The notes beneath the pieces were generated by a model. The model saw nothing but the letters and a program-made list of their open reading frames with translations. It did no database searches and was not told where the DNA came from. Made by a program: the position numbers and the translations under genes. Positions 39,094 to 53,168 of a stretch of DNA of 64,000 bases are shown one piece after another. Numbering within the stretch: the first letter of the stretch is position 1; every line of letters begins with the position of its first letter. Source of the stretch: Seison nebaliae (taxonomy: Eukaryota); NCBI GenBank assembly GCA_023231475.1, contig JALJEE010003057.1, positions 1 to 64,000 of the forward strand, in the 5' to 3' direction.

Positions 39094-40374
39094 ATGAAAC
39101 TTATACCAAAATGTTACGTCACCTGGAGGAAACGACGGAAATATTTCCTTTTATCATTCTTTATCGTCAATTGGATGATTGCTGTTTTCATCATATTTTC
39201 TCTTAATAATCGAAATGTTTCATTAGTAGAAAATGGAATAAAACATAAACTATCAACGTACAATATGTCAAATAAAATGATGAAAAAGAATAAATTGGAG
39301 AAAGCAAAAGTTCTCAAAACAGTGATTAATGAATATCGAACTGAAATTTATGAGAATCGACCCATATCCATCACTCCCTGGGAAAAGAAATTTCGGATAA
39401 TTTTGTTCTATTCCCAAATTCAACGTGACTTCGGAACACTATTGGGCAAAGAAGAATTCAAGAGTAAAAAATGTGAAAAATACGATTGTCGAATAACAAA
39501 TAATCATCGTTATTTCAAATCAGCCGACGTCGTCATTTGGCACTCGCCTCATCACATTAATAATTTGCCAACGTTACGATTACCTAATCAACGATGGACA
39601 TATCTTAATATGGAATCGCCATTCTATGAACATGAGGCGCAGGAAATGAACAACGTCTTCAATTGGACAATGACTTATCGTTTCGATTCGGATGTTCTAC
39701 TTGCTTATTTCGGGAAATTGGTGAAAAATTCGAATAGGCAAATGAATTGGTTGTCGAAGACAGATAATGGATTGAATATGGGAAAGAACAAGAAACGATT
39801 ATTGGCTTGGTTCGTCTCACGATGTGACACTCAATCGAAAAGAGAAATTTATATTAAACACCTTCAAAACTATATGGAAGTTGATATTTATGGATATTGT
39901 GGTAATTTTACTTGTTCCAAATCTGATGATTGTATGTCGATGTTGGAAGATAAATATTATTTTTATTTCGCTGGAGAAAATTCATTATGTGTCGATTATA
40001 TCACTGAGAAGTTCTGGAGGACGTTCGCCGCTCGAGTTGTCCCATTAGTTTATGGAGGTGGCAATTATTCAAAATTCGTACCGTCCAACTCATTCGTCAA
40101 TATCGAACATTTTCCAAATCCTAAAGATTTGAGTATTCATTTGAAACGAATATCACAAGACATTCATTTGTATAATCAGTTTTTTGAGTATAAGAAATAT
40201 CTCGATCTCAAACAGATTGTTAGTGGTTCCTCGTTCTGCGATATGTGCGAAATGTTACATTCGGAGAAAGAAATGAAGAAACGACAATATTATCATCGAT
40301 TCGCAGACCAATGGAACCCAAAAGAACAATGTTTCAAACCCGATTTTATCACGTCAAGTTTTCAGTTTAGATGA
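39094..40374 (+). CDS. Alpha-1,3-fucosyltransferase (GT10), intronless CDS
   Basis: Type II membrane anchor; ADVVIWH, MESP, FNWTMTYRFDSD, AWFVSRC, YYFYFAGENSLCVDYITEKFW. Confidence 0.95.
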   Translation: MKLIPKCYVTWRKRRKYFLLSFFIVNWMIAVFIIFSLNNRNVSLVENGIKHKLSTYNMSNKMMKKNKLEKAKVLKTVINEYRTEIYENRPISITPWEKKFRIILFYSQIQRDFGTLLGKEEFKSKKCEKYDCRITNNHRYFKSADVVIWHSPHHINNLPTLRLPNQRWTYLNMESPFYEHEAQEMNNVFNWTMTYRFDSDVLLAYFGKLVKNSNRQMNWLSKTDNGLNMGKNKKRLLAWFVSRCDTQSKREIYIKHLQNYMEVDIYGYCGNFTCSKSDDCMSMLEDKYYFYFAGENSLCVDYITEKFWRTFAARVVPLVYGGGNYSKFVPSNSFVNIEHFPNPKDLSIHLKRISQDIHLYNQFFEYKKYLDLKQIVSGSSFCDMCEMLHSEKEMKKRQYYHRFADQWNPKEQCFKPDFITSSFQFR

Positions 40375-43300
40375 TATTCTGTTTAAATTTTTATTCCAAT
40401 TCTAACAAATTCCTAAACTCAAACTACCTAATCATCATATTATATCATGTAAAGTTGTTTATTCCACAATTTAAAGTTTTATTATTTCGTTATACAAAAA
40501 CATTCTTTCTATCGGATGTTTCGGTATTAAAATTTATTTATTATTCTCTTTCGTACCTCTTCTTATTCATCTAATTATTGTTAATTTAATTCCATTTAAA
40601 ATAAAATTTTAACGAAAATTTTTCCAATTTCAAATAAACCATTGTAATTCCATTGGAGAATGATGATAGAAGAAGAAGAAAGGAAAGTCAAAACATTAAA
40701 AGTTTTTTGTCCTCAACCCAAATCAGTTGGGTTAACTGATTTTGTTCAGTAAATAAATCAATTAAAACTGACATCAGTTGCTTTATTGGTAGGAGAAGTT
40801 GAAATGATTGAAAGGAAGTCAAAATTTTACTTCCTCTTCATACAATTCCACAGTTCGGTGCATATTTCATTCCTATGAAATAATCAGCGACAACAGCTAT
40901 CGAATAAATGGAAGAAATAATGAATAATACTTTTCATAGAATATATATAAAAGAAATCGAATAAATATTATTGTCAGTCGTCCTCTCTCCACTTTCTCGC
41001 TCGTCTCATTCTCCTACTGAATTATTGGGAATGTGAATTGTCTCTCGTGTCGTCCCGTACTAGACGACAGTGTCCGTGGTAATATTAATGATGTTACCAC
41101 AACAAATCCTCAAAATCGACTGCGAGACTAGTGAAACTAATCGTTCCTCTTAATCGAATGGGAAGATAAGTAATTGTGAAAGTTAAGCTGATTCCGAATG
41201 AATTAATCTGATTTATTTCTATAAAAATTGAACAACTGTTCATAAAAAAACGACGTAAATTTGCAAGAAATGCGTGCAATTTGTCAAAAAGAAGACAATA
41301 ATAGTTAACGGATTTATTCTCGTCTTCGCTTTCAATTGTCAAAATTAAATCGAATTAAGTACTCAACGACGTTCATTTTCTCGTTGAATTTTTTTGTGAA
41401 TTCTCTAGAGAATGTGAATAATTCCATGTTTGAATTCTTCGATTAATGTACTACTTGATATTTTTTTTGTGGATGAAAAATATTTGTTTTTCCAATACAG
41501 AAATATTTTTGCTTCTGTTGACTAAACATTTGTTTTCATGACGAAACTCCTCATAATAAAAATTTTCCCTAATTTCTTTTGGCCATTGGATAGAAGTGAA
41601 CGGAAATGAAATGGGAACAAGTCCGCTAGCTACTTAACTTTCCACTTTCGCCATTTACCAACGACTCTTCTCCCAACTATTCCTGCTATTTACTTTTTCT
41701 TTTTCAGTTCCTATTTCCGAAACAAAACTAATTCCTCTACTACATTAGGAGGAAAGATAAAATTAATACGTAAAATACGTACGGAACATTTAAATAAAAA
41801 TCAGTTTCGTCTTCTTCTAATGACGATGATGATGATGATGATGATGTGAATGAAATTATTATTGATATAAATATTTGCATGATTCGAGTAAGTTTCGATA
41901 ATAAGTTAATGTTTAGCTGAAACAATAGGAATATTGTGAGAGGACAATAAAGAAAAAGAATGTTGGAAATTGTTGAAGAGACTCTCGTAAGAATGATGTC
42001 ATCATTAATATCGTTTTAATTCGACATAATGACAAAAGATGAATTATCGATGTGTTCGTTCTTATCCCATGTTAACTTGCATCTTATTAGAGTTCATTGT
42101 TTCTCCAATCTCTTCAATGGAGGGGGATGATTGTTATCAATTTTTTATCAATCCAACTGTTTCATCTATTCTTCTCATGAGAATAATTGCATAATTATGA
42201 GATTTGAAGAGGAAAAAGAATAAATTCTTCTTCTTTATTACGAATATGATATTCATAAAACGTTTGTTAAAGAGATTAACATCGGACCTAAATTTTCCTT
42301 CTTTCCTTTGAATTAATGTTTATCTCATATCGATGCTTCGTAGTGATTGATGCGGCGAAATAGTGGCGGAATTTTGTCTCCCCTTTATCATTTTCATAAT
42401 GGAAAGATGATATTTGTCCATATTCGAATTGTTAGTTGGACAATAAAATTCTTCTTCTTCTTCCATCGCCAACCTGAAGAATGGTTTAGAGAGACTTATA
42501 TTTCTTTATTCATTTCACTTCATCCTTCCTCCTTTCTCGCTTCGATTCACAACTTTCCAAACTGGATACATTATGACGAGAAGCCGTCACAAAAGGTGAG
42601 ATGAAGTTATAAGAATTCAGTGGAAATTGTTCGATGGAGATGAACTCTTCTTCTATTTATTGAAAGAATCATCATCATCAGTCTTCATATTTGTATATTC
42701 TAATCAATTCCAACCGAAAAACTCTCAACACGAGTACCTCAACACTCCTCATGTTCTTCTTTCTCTCATTTGACATGTTCCGTAACAAATGAAATATCTA
42801 ATTATCAGAAAGTGTGAAGGAAGATAATGAAAATAATGGTTCTCCTCTTCTCACACATTCCGTTAACTAGTACAATTCACTAACAAATTTCTTTTCATTT
42901 CATCTAATCTCATGAACACCATAATCATTAGGATGAAATATGTTTAACAAAATAATTATTAAATAAAAGAAAATGATTAAGAAATATCTATTTTCTCGAG
43001 AATGTTATTATTATTTTATTATAAACCGTTATCTTTTCCTAAATTTAATTAGAACATATTTTCGGATAATCTTCAATGAAAATTGTTGGTCGATATCTGA
43101 GTTAGTTGAACAAAATGTATCAAAAAAAAGGAGAGTAAATCTGAGATTGATATAATTTTAATTTGGTTAATCCTCTTTTTTATCGACCAATATCCTCGAA
43201 AAGCGACATATCTCAATTGAATAATAATCAATAGAAACAAAGTAGAAATAGAATAAATTTAAAAAAAACATCTCAAAACTCAATTCGTCCAATTCACGTT

Positions 43301-45839
43301 TATCCTTTGTTGAGTAATAATTAGATTGGACAGTGATATTATCGTCGTATGGACTCACGTTATTAACGTATCATATCATGATGTGAGAGAAATGTTTGTT
43401 GGAAAATAAACAGAAATACAATATGATATTAGCCTCTCCGAAAGGTACTAACTAGTGATGGTACGAATATTTATTAATATCTTCCTTACATAACTATAAG
43501 TAAATATGAATCATCTGTTCAAGGTTGTAAGTTATTCGTTCAACTTCAAATGATAATCGTTGACATAATAATTGATTCGTTTAACTTTCTCTAATTTCTT
43601 TTTAGTAATCTCTCATTTATCTCCCTCTCGACGCAAGGTGATGAGAGACCGTGTATTCATTTCACATTTTCCGATTGACAATCCTGAACATCGAAAGTAT
43701 TTTAGTCATTAAATTTCCTATCGTCAGATTGCCAATGATACTTCCCAAATAATACAGATAATAATGATCAAGTGCAATTATTTCTGTAGAACTTTGCTTC
43801 GAAAAGATGAATCGAATTCGTCCACTTAACAAATATTTAATTTGAATTTCTCAGAAATTATTTCTCCATTTTTCGAGTCCATTATTGTGATGTTATTAGT
43901 GAGATTAAGAAGTGTTTGGAACTCGATTGATTTATTGTATAATATTATGCAGGAAAATTTGAATAATTGTTATGCAAGAAATATGTTGTTTGTTTAACAT
44001 CGATTCTCTCACCGTTAATAGTGAAGTGATATTAAATTAAGTATTTCTTGTACATAACTTTTTGTAAGATCGATGTGATGTAATGTTGTGAGATGAATAA
44101 GAAAAGTTTTTAATTTTCTTCCAATTCATCGAATGGAACGATGATGAATGAGAGAATTATTCCAGAATAGAGTTGAAGAACATGGGAGAATAGATTTGAT
44201 AGAAGTCGATATTCTCCCGTAACGATATACTCTTTCCTTTTCTTCAATAAATCGTCGAGAAACTCATGACGACGTATCGATTGGGAAAAGAAGAAGACCA
44301 ATAGGTTCATTCAATCATGAAAGAAACTGAATGAAATAGAAAATAAATATATTAATTTCTTTCGTCGTCTCCGTCTCTCTCTATTTTTTTTTCTGGAGAC
44401 TTGCCCATATTCACTAGATACTAGAAAACCGAAATAAGCTTTTGTATATTTTTCTTCTTCCAATTAAGTTTACAGTTCTACTTTTTCTTCCCATTAACAT
44501 TTCATATATTGTTGGAGAAATCGTGGGAAATGTTGGAGGTGTTAAGACGATTGAAATCTAATAGTCATTTACTCAATTTCTTTTAGGAGAGGACACATCA
44601 TTGTATCAACATTTTGTCACATTTAATGAAATTCTCCGATACTTATCACTCTACATTTTATATATATCAAACAAATGTAGAGTTGTTAGTTCTTTCGAAG
44701 AAAGCAAAAATGACCTTCTCCAATCGATTCAAAATTAGACGCTTTAATCAATCCTCTCATACATTCGTGTTCATATGATAAGCAGGATGAATGGATGGAC
44801 ATTTAGGGTTCTTCCGTCTTCTTTTTATCCATTTGTCACTGAGAAGTTTTCTCAGGCTCTCAGTTTCCTTTCCATGTCACTCTTTGTTCGTTCATCGAAT
44901 GATTAACCTGAAAACTGTTCGTTCCATCCATCACAGTTCCATTAATGAAGAAAATATTAAGTTTTCACAATATTGTCACTAATACATATATTGTTGTGTA
45001 TAACTGGGAAGAGTGGTGAGGGGAAGGAACACACAGTCATTATTTCTTATTATTCATTAAAATTAATTCATTCATTCAATCGTTCGGGTTTGGTTGAATA
45101 AAACGAGACAATGATCACCTCTCCCTCCTCCTCTTCCTCCTAATTATTAGTCTCTTACATAATAATATATATTGAAAACATAAATGTATATTCTCATCAT
45201 GGTCTCAAATGATTGAAAGAATCGAATATATTAGCAATGAATAGAACGACTAAATAGATAATTAAAATGATTTAAAATTTCAATCGACTCCTTAAAAATT
45301 TCCTTCCTTTTAACAATTCTCATCTTATTATACAAAAATGTTAATGCTCCTCCTCTATTCCCATTCGGACTCTAACAACCGTTTAACTTTCAATTTACCG
45401 TTAAAATAATTGAATTATTAAATTCTTCAAATATTTCCTATATCCATCTTATATTGATTTATGATAATTCAATTTCGGGGTATTATCCAATACATATCCG
45501 ATGGATAAGTTTTAGAAAAACATATTTTTTATCTGTATCATAATTAAAAATGAATTTAATTAGAATTATTTCGAAAAAATACTCGACATAGTTACATAAC
45601 TGATTTTATCCACATCGACATGAAATGTTTATAATAACAAAATAATAATATGATGTAACAAATGTTCATCAGTTATCCATTTCAAGGGTAGTTTGATGAT
45701 TTTTCAAAAAATATTTTCAAATTTTTTAATTAGAAAATTTTTTTGAAGTTTCCGATAAAATTACGAAAAATATATTATATTCTCTATATTTCTCTTCTTA
45801 TTTTCCAATAGACGCTTATGATGATATTGTTCTATTAGA

Positions 45840-48800
45840 ATGAGGAATCGAATGGATTATCCGAACGTGGATATTGAAGAAAGAATAGCGAGCGGAGATG
45901 AGAAAGAACTAGGAAATGTGGAAGATGATTCATTGTTTGTTGAACCGAAATGTCCAATCAACGTTATTGATAATGATGCATATGAACGGTTAATTGATCA
46001 GAAACTCTCAGCCATATTCCAAATATACGATAATGAGAATACTGGAGAAATAACTCGGAATCATTTCGCCGAGATTTCTTCCGGTGAAATACAAAATGAA
46101 GAAGTTACTATTTTCCCTAGAGCGATCTATCTAGCTAAAACTCTAATTTCTATCGACTAGCAAATGGAAATGATGTTGGATGCGTTTGATCCAGAACATA
46201 CTGGAATTATCGATTTCAATTCATTCTGTAGAGGAATAAAGAATCTTGTTCATTCTCAAGGTTCGTCTCAACAACATTCTCTGTTTCTTCCTGAAATTCT
46301 TCGAAAAAATAATTCTCATCTCATTTACATTCTAATCCCAATCTTTATATGTTATTCTCATTCTTAGGTGGTTCCATCGATATGTTAATTCACAGTTTAT
46401 CCAAGTCGAAATCACGTGCCAACTCCATCGCATCATACAACGGAGATCAGTCATGTCGTGATAATCTGTCAAACTATTCCATCCATCAGACACGTCAACC
46501 ATCGATATTCGAAGAAGCTGACGATGAGGAAGAATTGGAAAGTGTCTCCATTATTGAGAGTAAAAATTCGATGGAGAAACTTCATTACAATGAATTAGAC
46601 GAAGATGAGAAAAGATATTCGAATAAACTCAATCCGAATCTTCTGAGAAATAACGATAATTGTTATTTGATGGATGTGGCTGACGGTGAGAAGACAACCG
46701 TTGATATTCGAAACAATTACAAACAACATATGCACAAACGATCTATAGGAAGTTATTCATTTTTTCACCTGGCCTATCATTTCATAATTGTTCGTAGATC
46801 CTGTTCAAATGAAACATATCATGGAACCGAATACAACTCGAGCTACTAGTCAAAGTCCGTTAAGGTATAACCGTTCGATGGTAGGACATCAATCTCAATC
46901 TCCTTATAAATATAATATTGGTGGTCAAGCGTCTTCGATTGCGAGTGGAGGTACGGAATCCGGTTACGGTGATGGTGATTATTTCGTTCTTGATGGATCG
47001 ATGTCAAGAAAAGTTAGTTCTTCCAATCCCTCGTTCTTCCATTAGACAATTAGAATTTGTGAGTTCATTTCTCACAAATTGGAAGTGAAAATTTTATAGT
47101 TTTATTTCTCATCATCCCCCACAAATAACGAATTAATTCATCGAAAGTAGTAAGTACTCATAGAAAAAATTATTTCTGAAAATCTTTTTCATTTTTATAA
47201 ATTTCATTCGAATTCTCCTCCACCAGTACTATGCAGAGCAGGTATGTTCAATTTACTTTTTATGTATGATGATTAATTCGATCTATTCCTAAACGTCTGT
47301 TACTTTCAATTCAATTCTAACTTCGAATTCCAATCAATTAATTTTAACCAATTTCTACTAATCCGTCATCATAAACGATACTAATACTTACTCAATTAAA
47401 CGATGAAATATAAATGAAATTTTCCAATTTTTTTATTTTTCAGATAGAAACGATGGAAGAGAATTTACAAAAACTTTTACAAGAGAAAGAAGACGATTCA
47501 GATCGAGTCGACCAATTACATTACGAAAATAATTTGTTAAAGAAAAAGTTAAATTTAAAATTTAAAATTTTATCAATTTCATTTTGAAATTTATTTTTTC
47601 CTCTCAGATTATTATCGTTGGAAGATCGATTAAGCGAAACAGCTAAAGAGACCGAAGATTGTCTAACCAAAGAAAAGATGAAATTCGATACGATAGTCGT
47701 TAGTTTTCCATTGAATTGACGATCTTTCAACATCTCTCAAACGGGAAAATTTAAAGACTCTTCAAGAAAAACAAAACTATGAAGATCAAATCAAATTGTC
47801 CGGAAGGTTTCTATTTTTAAGTGTTGTGTATTTTCTAAACTTTTCCAGGTTGGATCAAGTAGAGCGAGAATGCAATTTATTGCTGAAAGAAAAGGAAGAA
47901 TTGCTTTCTAATGTCAACGCCGTTTCAAAGGTTGGGAAAATGTTTTTCAAATGTTAATATGTATTAAATGTTAAGAGGACATTGGGACAATTAGTCGATA
48001 ACAATAATATAAGTGATTGAGGCTATTAAAATTGGACATTTAAGAAAGAACGATCAAATGTTATGTAGGCGTAAATGTTATGATTGATGACGTCATTAAA
48101 AGATGTAACGTGATAGGGCGATGAGAATTGTATCATAAGAAATGATCATCAATCATCATCTTGGAGAAAATTGATTTATTCAATTTCAATTCTTTCATCA
48201 AACGAAATCTCATCTTTTACGTCTATGATTGATGATATTGATATTTATTGATTTTGAACTACGTTTTCACATTTCCCATATTTATTCCTGATTATATGTT
48301 ATGCTTTATTAAATTAAATGGAAAATTATTATTACAAATTATTATTTTTTCTATATTCTCCACATTTATTACCTGTATATTTATTAAATTTATACCATAT
48401 TATATAATTGGTGTTTATCGATACAGAGGAATTTGTAGGATGATCTCTCTCTCTCTCTCTCTCTTTGGTCGTCCAATCAGTAAAATAAGAAAATAATAAA
48501 TCTCTCTCTCTGACTAATTGTATTTGTACGTAACTCGAATATTTTTTTCCATTGACAAAGGCGAAATATATCAAAAATATCAAAAATAACAACAACAATA
48601 ATAATAACGATAAGTAGTTTTGGTTGTGGAAGTGAAAAATAATATTCTTGACTTCTCTCCCATTCCAGTTGGAGAGGAAGAACTTCTTAATTTACAAAAT
48701 TTGATCGACCCGAATTTTCTTTCCAATATTCTCAGAGTTCCATTTTCCTCCCTTATCGGCGAGAAAGGAAAAATGTAAATATATCTCCAATTCCCTAATC

Positions 48801-50360
48801 TACATAGCACGTATTCTATGATGACATATAAAAAATTTCTTTCTCCATAAACCGTATGTGTGAGAGAATTCACGCAACTTTTACTCTTCTCTGTTTCCAG
48901 AAAAATACCTCTGTGAATAATATTATTTCTCATTTTAATTAACAAAACAAACTTCTTCTCATTCCACATTGCCAATAGATATTAGAAATTGTTTTAAGAA
49001 AAAAAACTTTAGTCTAACATTTTCATATCGATGAGAAATGGACAGTGAAGAAGAAATAAGTACAATAAATACAGAAGTGAGAAACAAAAGATTCTTGAAG
49101 AAGAAGGATCGAAGAAATTCAATTCTATTCTTCAACAACTCCACCTCGCCTGATGATGATAGTGAGTTGTCGATGGACGAAAATACTATTCCTCATTCGA
49201 AAACCTTTCCCGTTAACGTCAATAATTGTGATATGATCGAAGAAGTGAGTGAATTGGATGAGAATGATAGAAAACTTTCGTTCAATAGAAAACGGAAGAG
49301 AACGAAAGAAAACGTTAAAATTAATAAACTTAATATTTCTTAAGCATTCTAAACTAAATCATTTAACAATTTTTAAAATAATTTTAATTTCTTCTTGTAT
49401 AATTAATAATTTCAATTATTTCAGCAAATGGAAGAAACGGAGAAACAAGCGAATACTCGGGATGATGTCATCAATAATCTCGAACAGAACAACAAAAATC
49501 TCCAACAAAAATTGTTAGCACAAAGAGCACAATCGGAATTAGAAAAAGTCAATTCACTTCAAGTTTATAATCAGAAAATTTTCTTTTCTTTCATTCTAAT
49601 CCTAATCAGATGTTGGATAAATTGTATCAGGAGATGCAAGAAATGAAGATTGCCCATAAGGAATCTTGGATGAGATCTAAATCAAACGCTAGAACCGATT
49701 CGACGACTGATGCGGATGAACGTGTCCAACAATTAGAAGCGGAAGTTTATTATCTAAAATCCGTTAGACATTTTTTAGAAAAACCGTTTTAAACGTTATT
49801 CACTACCCGTCATTCAATAGGAGACTAGACATTTAAAAGAAACAAATGAAAATTTGAGCGCTCAATTAATGGTTCGTAGTATGGAAGAAGGAAAATTATT
49901 ATTACAAGTCGGAAATAATGAGGTGATGTCATTGGCAGCTGAATTTGAACAACTGTCCAAAGATGAAGTTTTTCCATTAATCTTTTAACTATTTTCAATT
50001 TCCTTTCAATTTCAGTTGATGGAGAAGTTGCGTGAATCTCAAGCATTGAATATGAGATATCGTGAATATATCGATCGTATGTTACTCAGGATATTGGAAA
50101 CATGTCCGTCACTTTTAGAGATCAAAGGTCTCGGTAATGATCTGCCACCAATACCCACCGCCGAATCAGTTCGAAGTAGTATGAGAGCAAAGCCGAAAGT
50201 CGAACAAACGAAAAGTAGTTTGGCGAAACGTTTATCGTTCTCTTCAATAAAATCGACGTTAGCTGCTGGTATGTTACCACCATCGGTTAACACACCATCA
50301 ATTAGCGAATCGATCGTTTCCGAATCGATCGAAGAAGTACAAGATGAGACTTTATATTAA
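45840..50360 (+). CDS. Rab11 family-interacting protein class II (FIP3/FIP4/Nuf-like), multi-exon
   Basis: N-terminal EF-hands (IFQIYDNENTGEI; FDPEHTGIIDFNSF), coiled-coil exons, SLAAEFEQLSKDE, and the C-terminal Rab-binding domain LMEKLRESQALNMRYREYIDRMLLRILETCPSLLEIK. Confidence 0.9.
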
Positions 50361-51002
50361 TTCAACTCAAATTCTAATCAATTCCTCCTGTACATAATTC
50401 CCCTTAATAACATAAACGATAAGGTACAAAACGAAGAATATGATGTTGAAATGTAACTGCAGTGGAGACAAAAAAACAGTGAAAATTATTATAATGCAAC
50501 ACAGTTACCCGAAATCAAATCTCCATACGCTACATAATCGATATATTTCTCAAACATTTTCTTTTATATACCATCATCAATACCATCACCCAACAATTTA
50601 ACTCATGATATATCAATAACTTGTATGAGAACACGTCACACATACATAGACCTGAACACATTCCTATTTATATTATTATCGTTTTCCTTTTCATGTTCGT
50701 ATTGATCGAAGGATCATCTTATGAAAATTTATAATTCCTCATACAATAACTAATTTCTGTTCGAAATTAATAATCAGAAAGTTCTTTAAACATTTTTCTA
50801 TTTTAATAAAAAGAAAAAAATTATTTATCAATTCTCTCTCACTTTCCCTTATTTCATCGAATCTTAATCCTAATTAAACGTTACAAATAATTACTGAATG
50901 AACTTGAATTACTCTTCTTAAACAAGTTGAAATATTTAAAATTATTATTTATTATTTATTAGATAAAAGATTGAAATTGTTATCATTTCATATAAAATTA
51001 AG

Positions 51003-52267
51003 TTAATGATTATCTGTTAACACTCTTTTCTTACAAACGATATTGATGCACTTGTATCGATATGTCAACATCATATCGTCGTTGTTTGTATAAGAACTTT
51101 CAATCGGATAATCCCATTTCTAGAAGAAAAATTAATCACATAAAGTAGAAGGAAAGAAGTAATTAAAGAAACTTTAATTTCAAAATATTTGTTGATTATC
51201 AATCTCACGTTCTCACCCGTTAAACAAATAGAATTAACATTCTTATTCCCATCGTTCTCGTAGTGATAAAGGAGAGGACCAAAATTCAACCACCAACCAT
51301 CTTCTTTGAGAATTTGATGGAAGGTTCGGATGTACTCCACAATATTTTTTCCAGTGTCAATAAAGAAGTTTGTGACAATACAATTATAATATTCGTCATG
51401 ATTCTTTGCATAGACGTGAAGGAAATCACCTGCTACCATTGAAAATCTTCCCATTCTCTCATCATTCCTTTCTGATGATGAAACCATTTCTGGTTTTTCC
51501 GGGAAAACAAAACATTTGATCGTTTGATTGATATCCATCACATTGGAGAATTGAGTAGCGTAAGGACAAATTATATATTTCTCCGACGAATTCAACAACA
51601 AGTTTGAGATGAGCAAACAAAACAAGGAAATTTCATTACCTTCTACTGAATATCCGTTTTGATGGATGTCATAATTCAGACGTCCTAATCCACAACCAGG
51701 AATGAGAATTTCAATTTTATGACGAATACTTCAAATAGAAAATGTTTATAGTTTCAAATTAGAATTACTAAAAATTTCAATAAATTTCAACTTTTTATCT
51801 GGAAATAATTCATTTAATTGTTTAATAAATATTTCATTTTGGATTCGTTCATTCTTTCCAAATTCGGTCCATTCCCGAACGATTTGCTTCAACATCGAAG
51901 TCAATCGATCCAAAAGTTCGATTGGTGTTGAAATCATTTGATCGTCAATTTTATTCGGTAATTGTGAATGTTCATTGAAAGTAACAACATTATCGAAGAA
52001 AGTTTGATTGCGTTCTATGGCTTCACGTCTCGAATCTAATTCGAGATCAAGTCGTTCCAATAGAACTGATTCGTCTCCTAATAATTTATCATAAGTTATC
52101 CAATTTTCATAAAATCGTTTATTGTGAAGATTCCTTGACGAATATGAGAACTAATTAAATCACATAAATGAAATGTTTAACCGATATTCTTTAAATAATT
52201 TTCTTATTTTATAAAAATGGAGAATTTCAGATGTATTCTCTGAATTGAACCACATTTCTTCTCCCAT
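51003..52267 (-). CDS. CARNMT1: Carnosine N-methyltransferase (N2227-like), multi-exon
   Basis: LKQIVREW..GKNER, ILIPGCGLGRL, GNEIS, MVAGDF, FFIDTGKNIVEY, NFGPLLYHY. Confidence 0.92.
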
Positions 52268-52279
52268 TGATGGAATTGA

Positions 52280-52948
52280 TTAGAATAAGGAGAATAATTT
52301 ATTATATCTACAAACTAATTTGAAATAAATAAGTAGGAGTAATTGATGGGTAGAAATGAGGAGAATGGATAGAAAGTAATTGATTTTGGGAGATTTCATT
52401 CCAAATATCGTATAGATTCCATGACGTATTCCATCTCGAATATGATGAGTAATAATACCGATATAAATCATCACAATAAAATTAATTGATAATTGATAAT
52501 CAGAAGAAATAATTCCGTAAATAATGGGTAGCAAACTGAGAATGATGATAGTTAAAATTGTATGATGGAATAATGGTCGTTCTTTCAAGTTAGTCGCTGC
52601 ATCAAACGTCCATTGATCAGCGGCAAAGAAATGATCCAAATCAATCAACGTACTCACACATGCAACAAAGAGAGTTGAAGAATAACGATAATTCCACCAT
52701 CCTAATTCATTCTCTAAATAAATAGCAGAAAACCAGACGATGGCACCAATCATTCCATGTGTCAATGAATCATAATAATTTGGAAATCGTTTAATGATCA
52801 TCCAATTCTGATTGAAATAACTGTTGATTATTGATGAAATAATTCGTTCGTCACATAATTTGTAAAGGAAATATATGAAATAATTTAAAATTATCCAAGA
52901 AATGATGATTCTTATCAAATGAATAAATTTCAATGATTCCCATTTCAT
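52280..52948 (-). CDS. TMEM267: Transmembrane protein 267-like, intronless
   Basis: DSLTHGMIGAIVW, STLIDLDHFFAA, RPLFH and HHIRDGIRHG are the family motifs. Confidence 0.88.
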   Translation of the reverse strand: MKWESLKFIHLIRIIISWIILNYFIYFLYKLCDERIISSIINSYFNQNWMIIKRFPNYYDSLTHGMIGAIVWFSAIYLENELGWWNYRYSSTLFVACVSTLIDLDHFFAADQWTFDAATNLKERPLFHHTILTIIILSLLPIIYGIISSDYQLSINFIVMIYIGIITHHIRDGIRHGIYTIFGMKSPKINYFLSILLISTHQLLLLIYFKLVCRYNKLFSLF

Positions 52949-53168
52949 TTCTTTTTCGATTAAATTCGCTTATGATTTAGAAGAATTAAAAAAAAAACAT
53001 AAATTTTATTGGGGGAATTCTGAATGAATTGCATACATGTTTTCTTGGAAAAGAGAAATTATGTTTACGAAGTAAATCTGTCACTGTGAGGGATGATGTA
53101 TATTTGATGAATAAATTGATTGTTGATGAGTATCGAATACAATTTAAATGAAAAGTTTTAAATATTTG

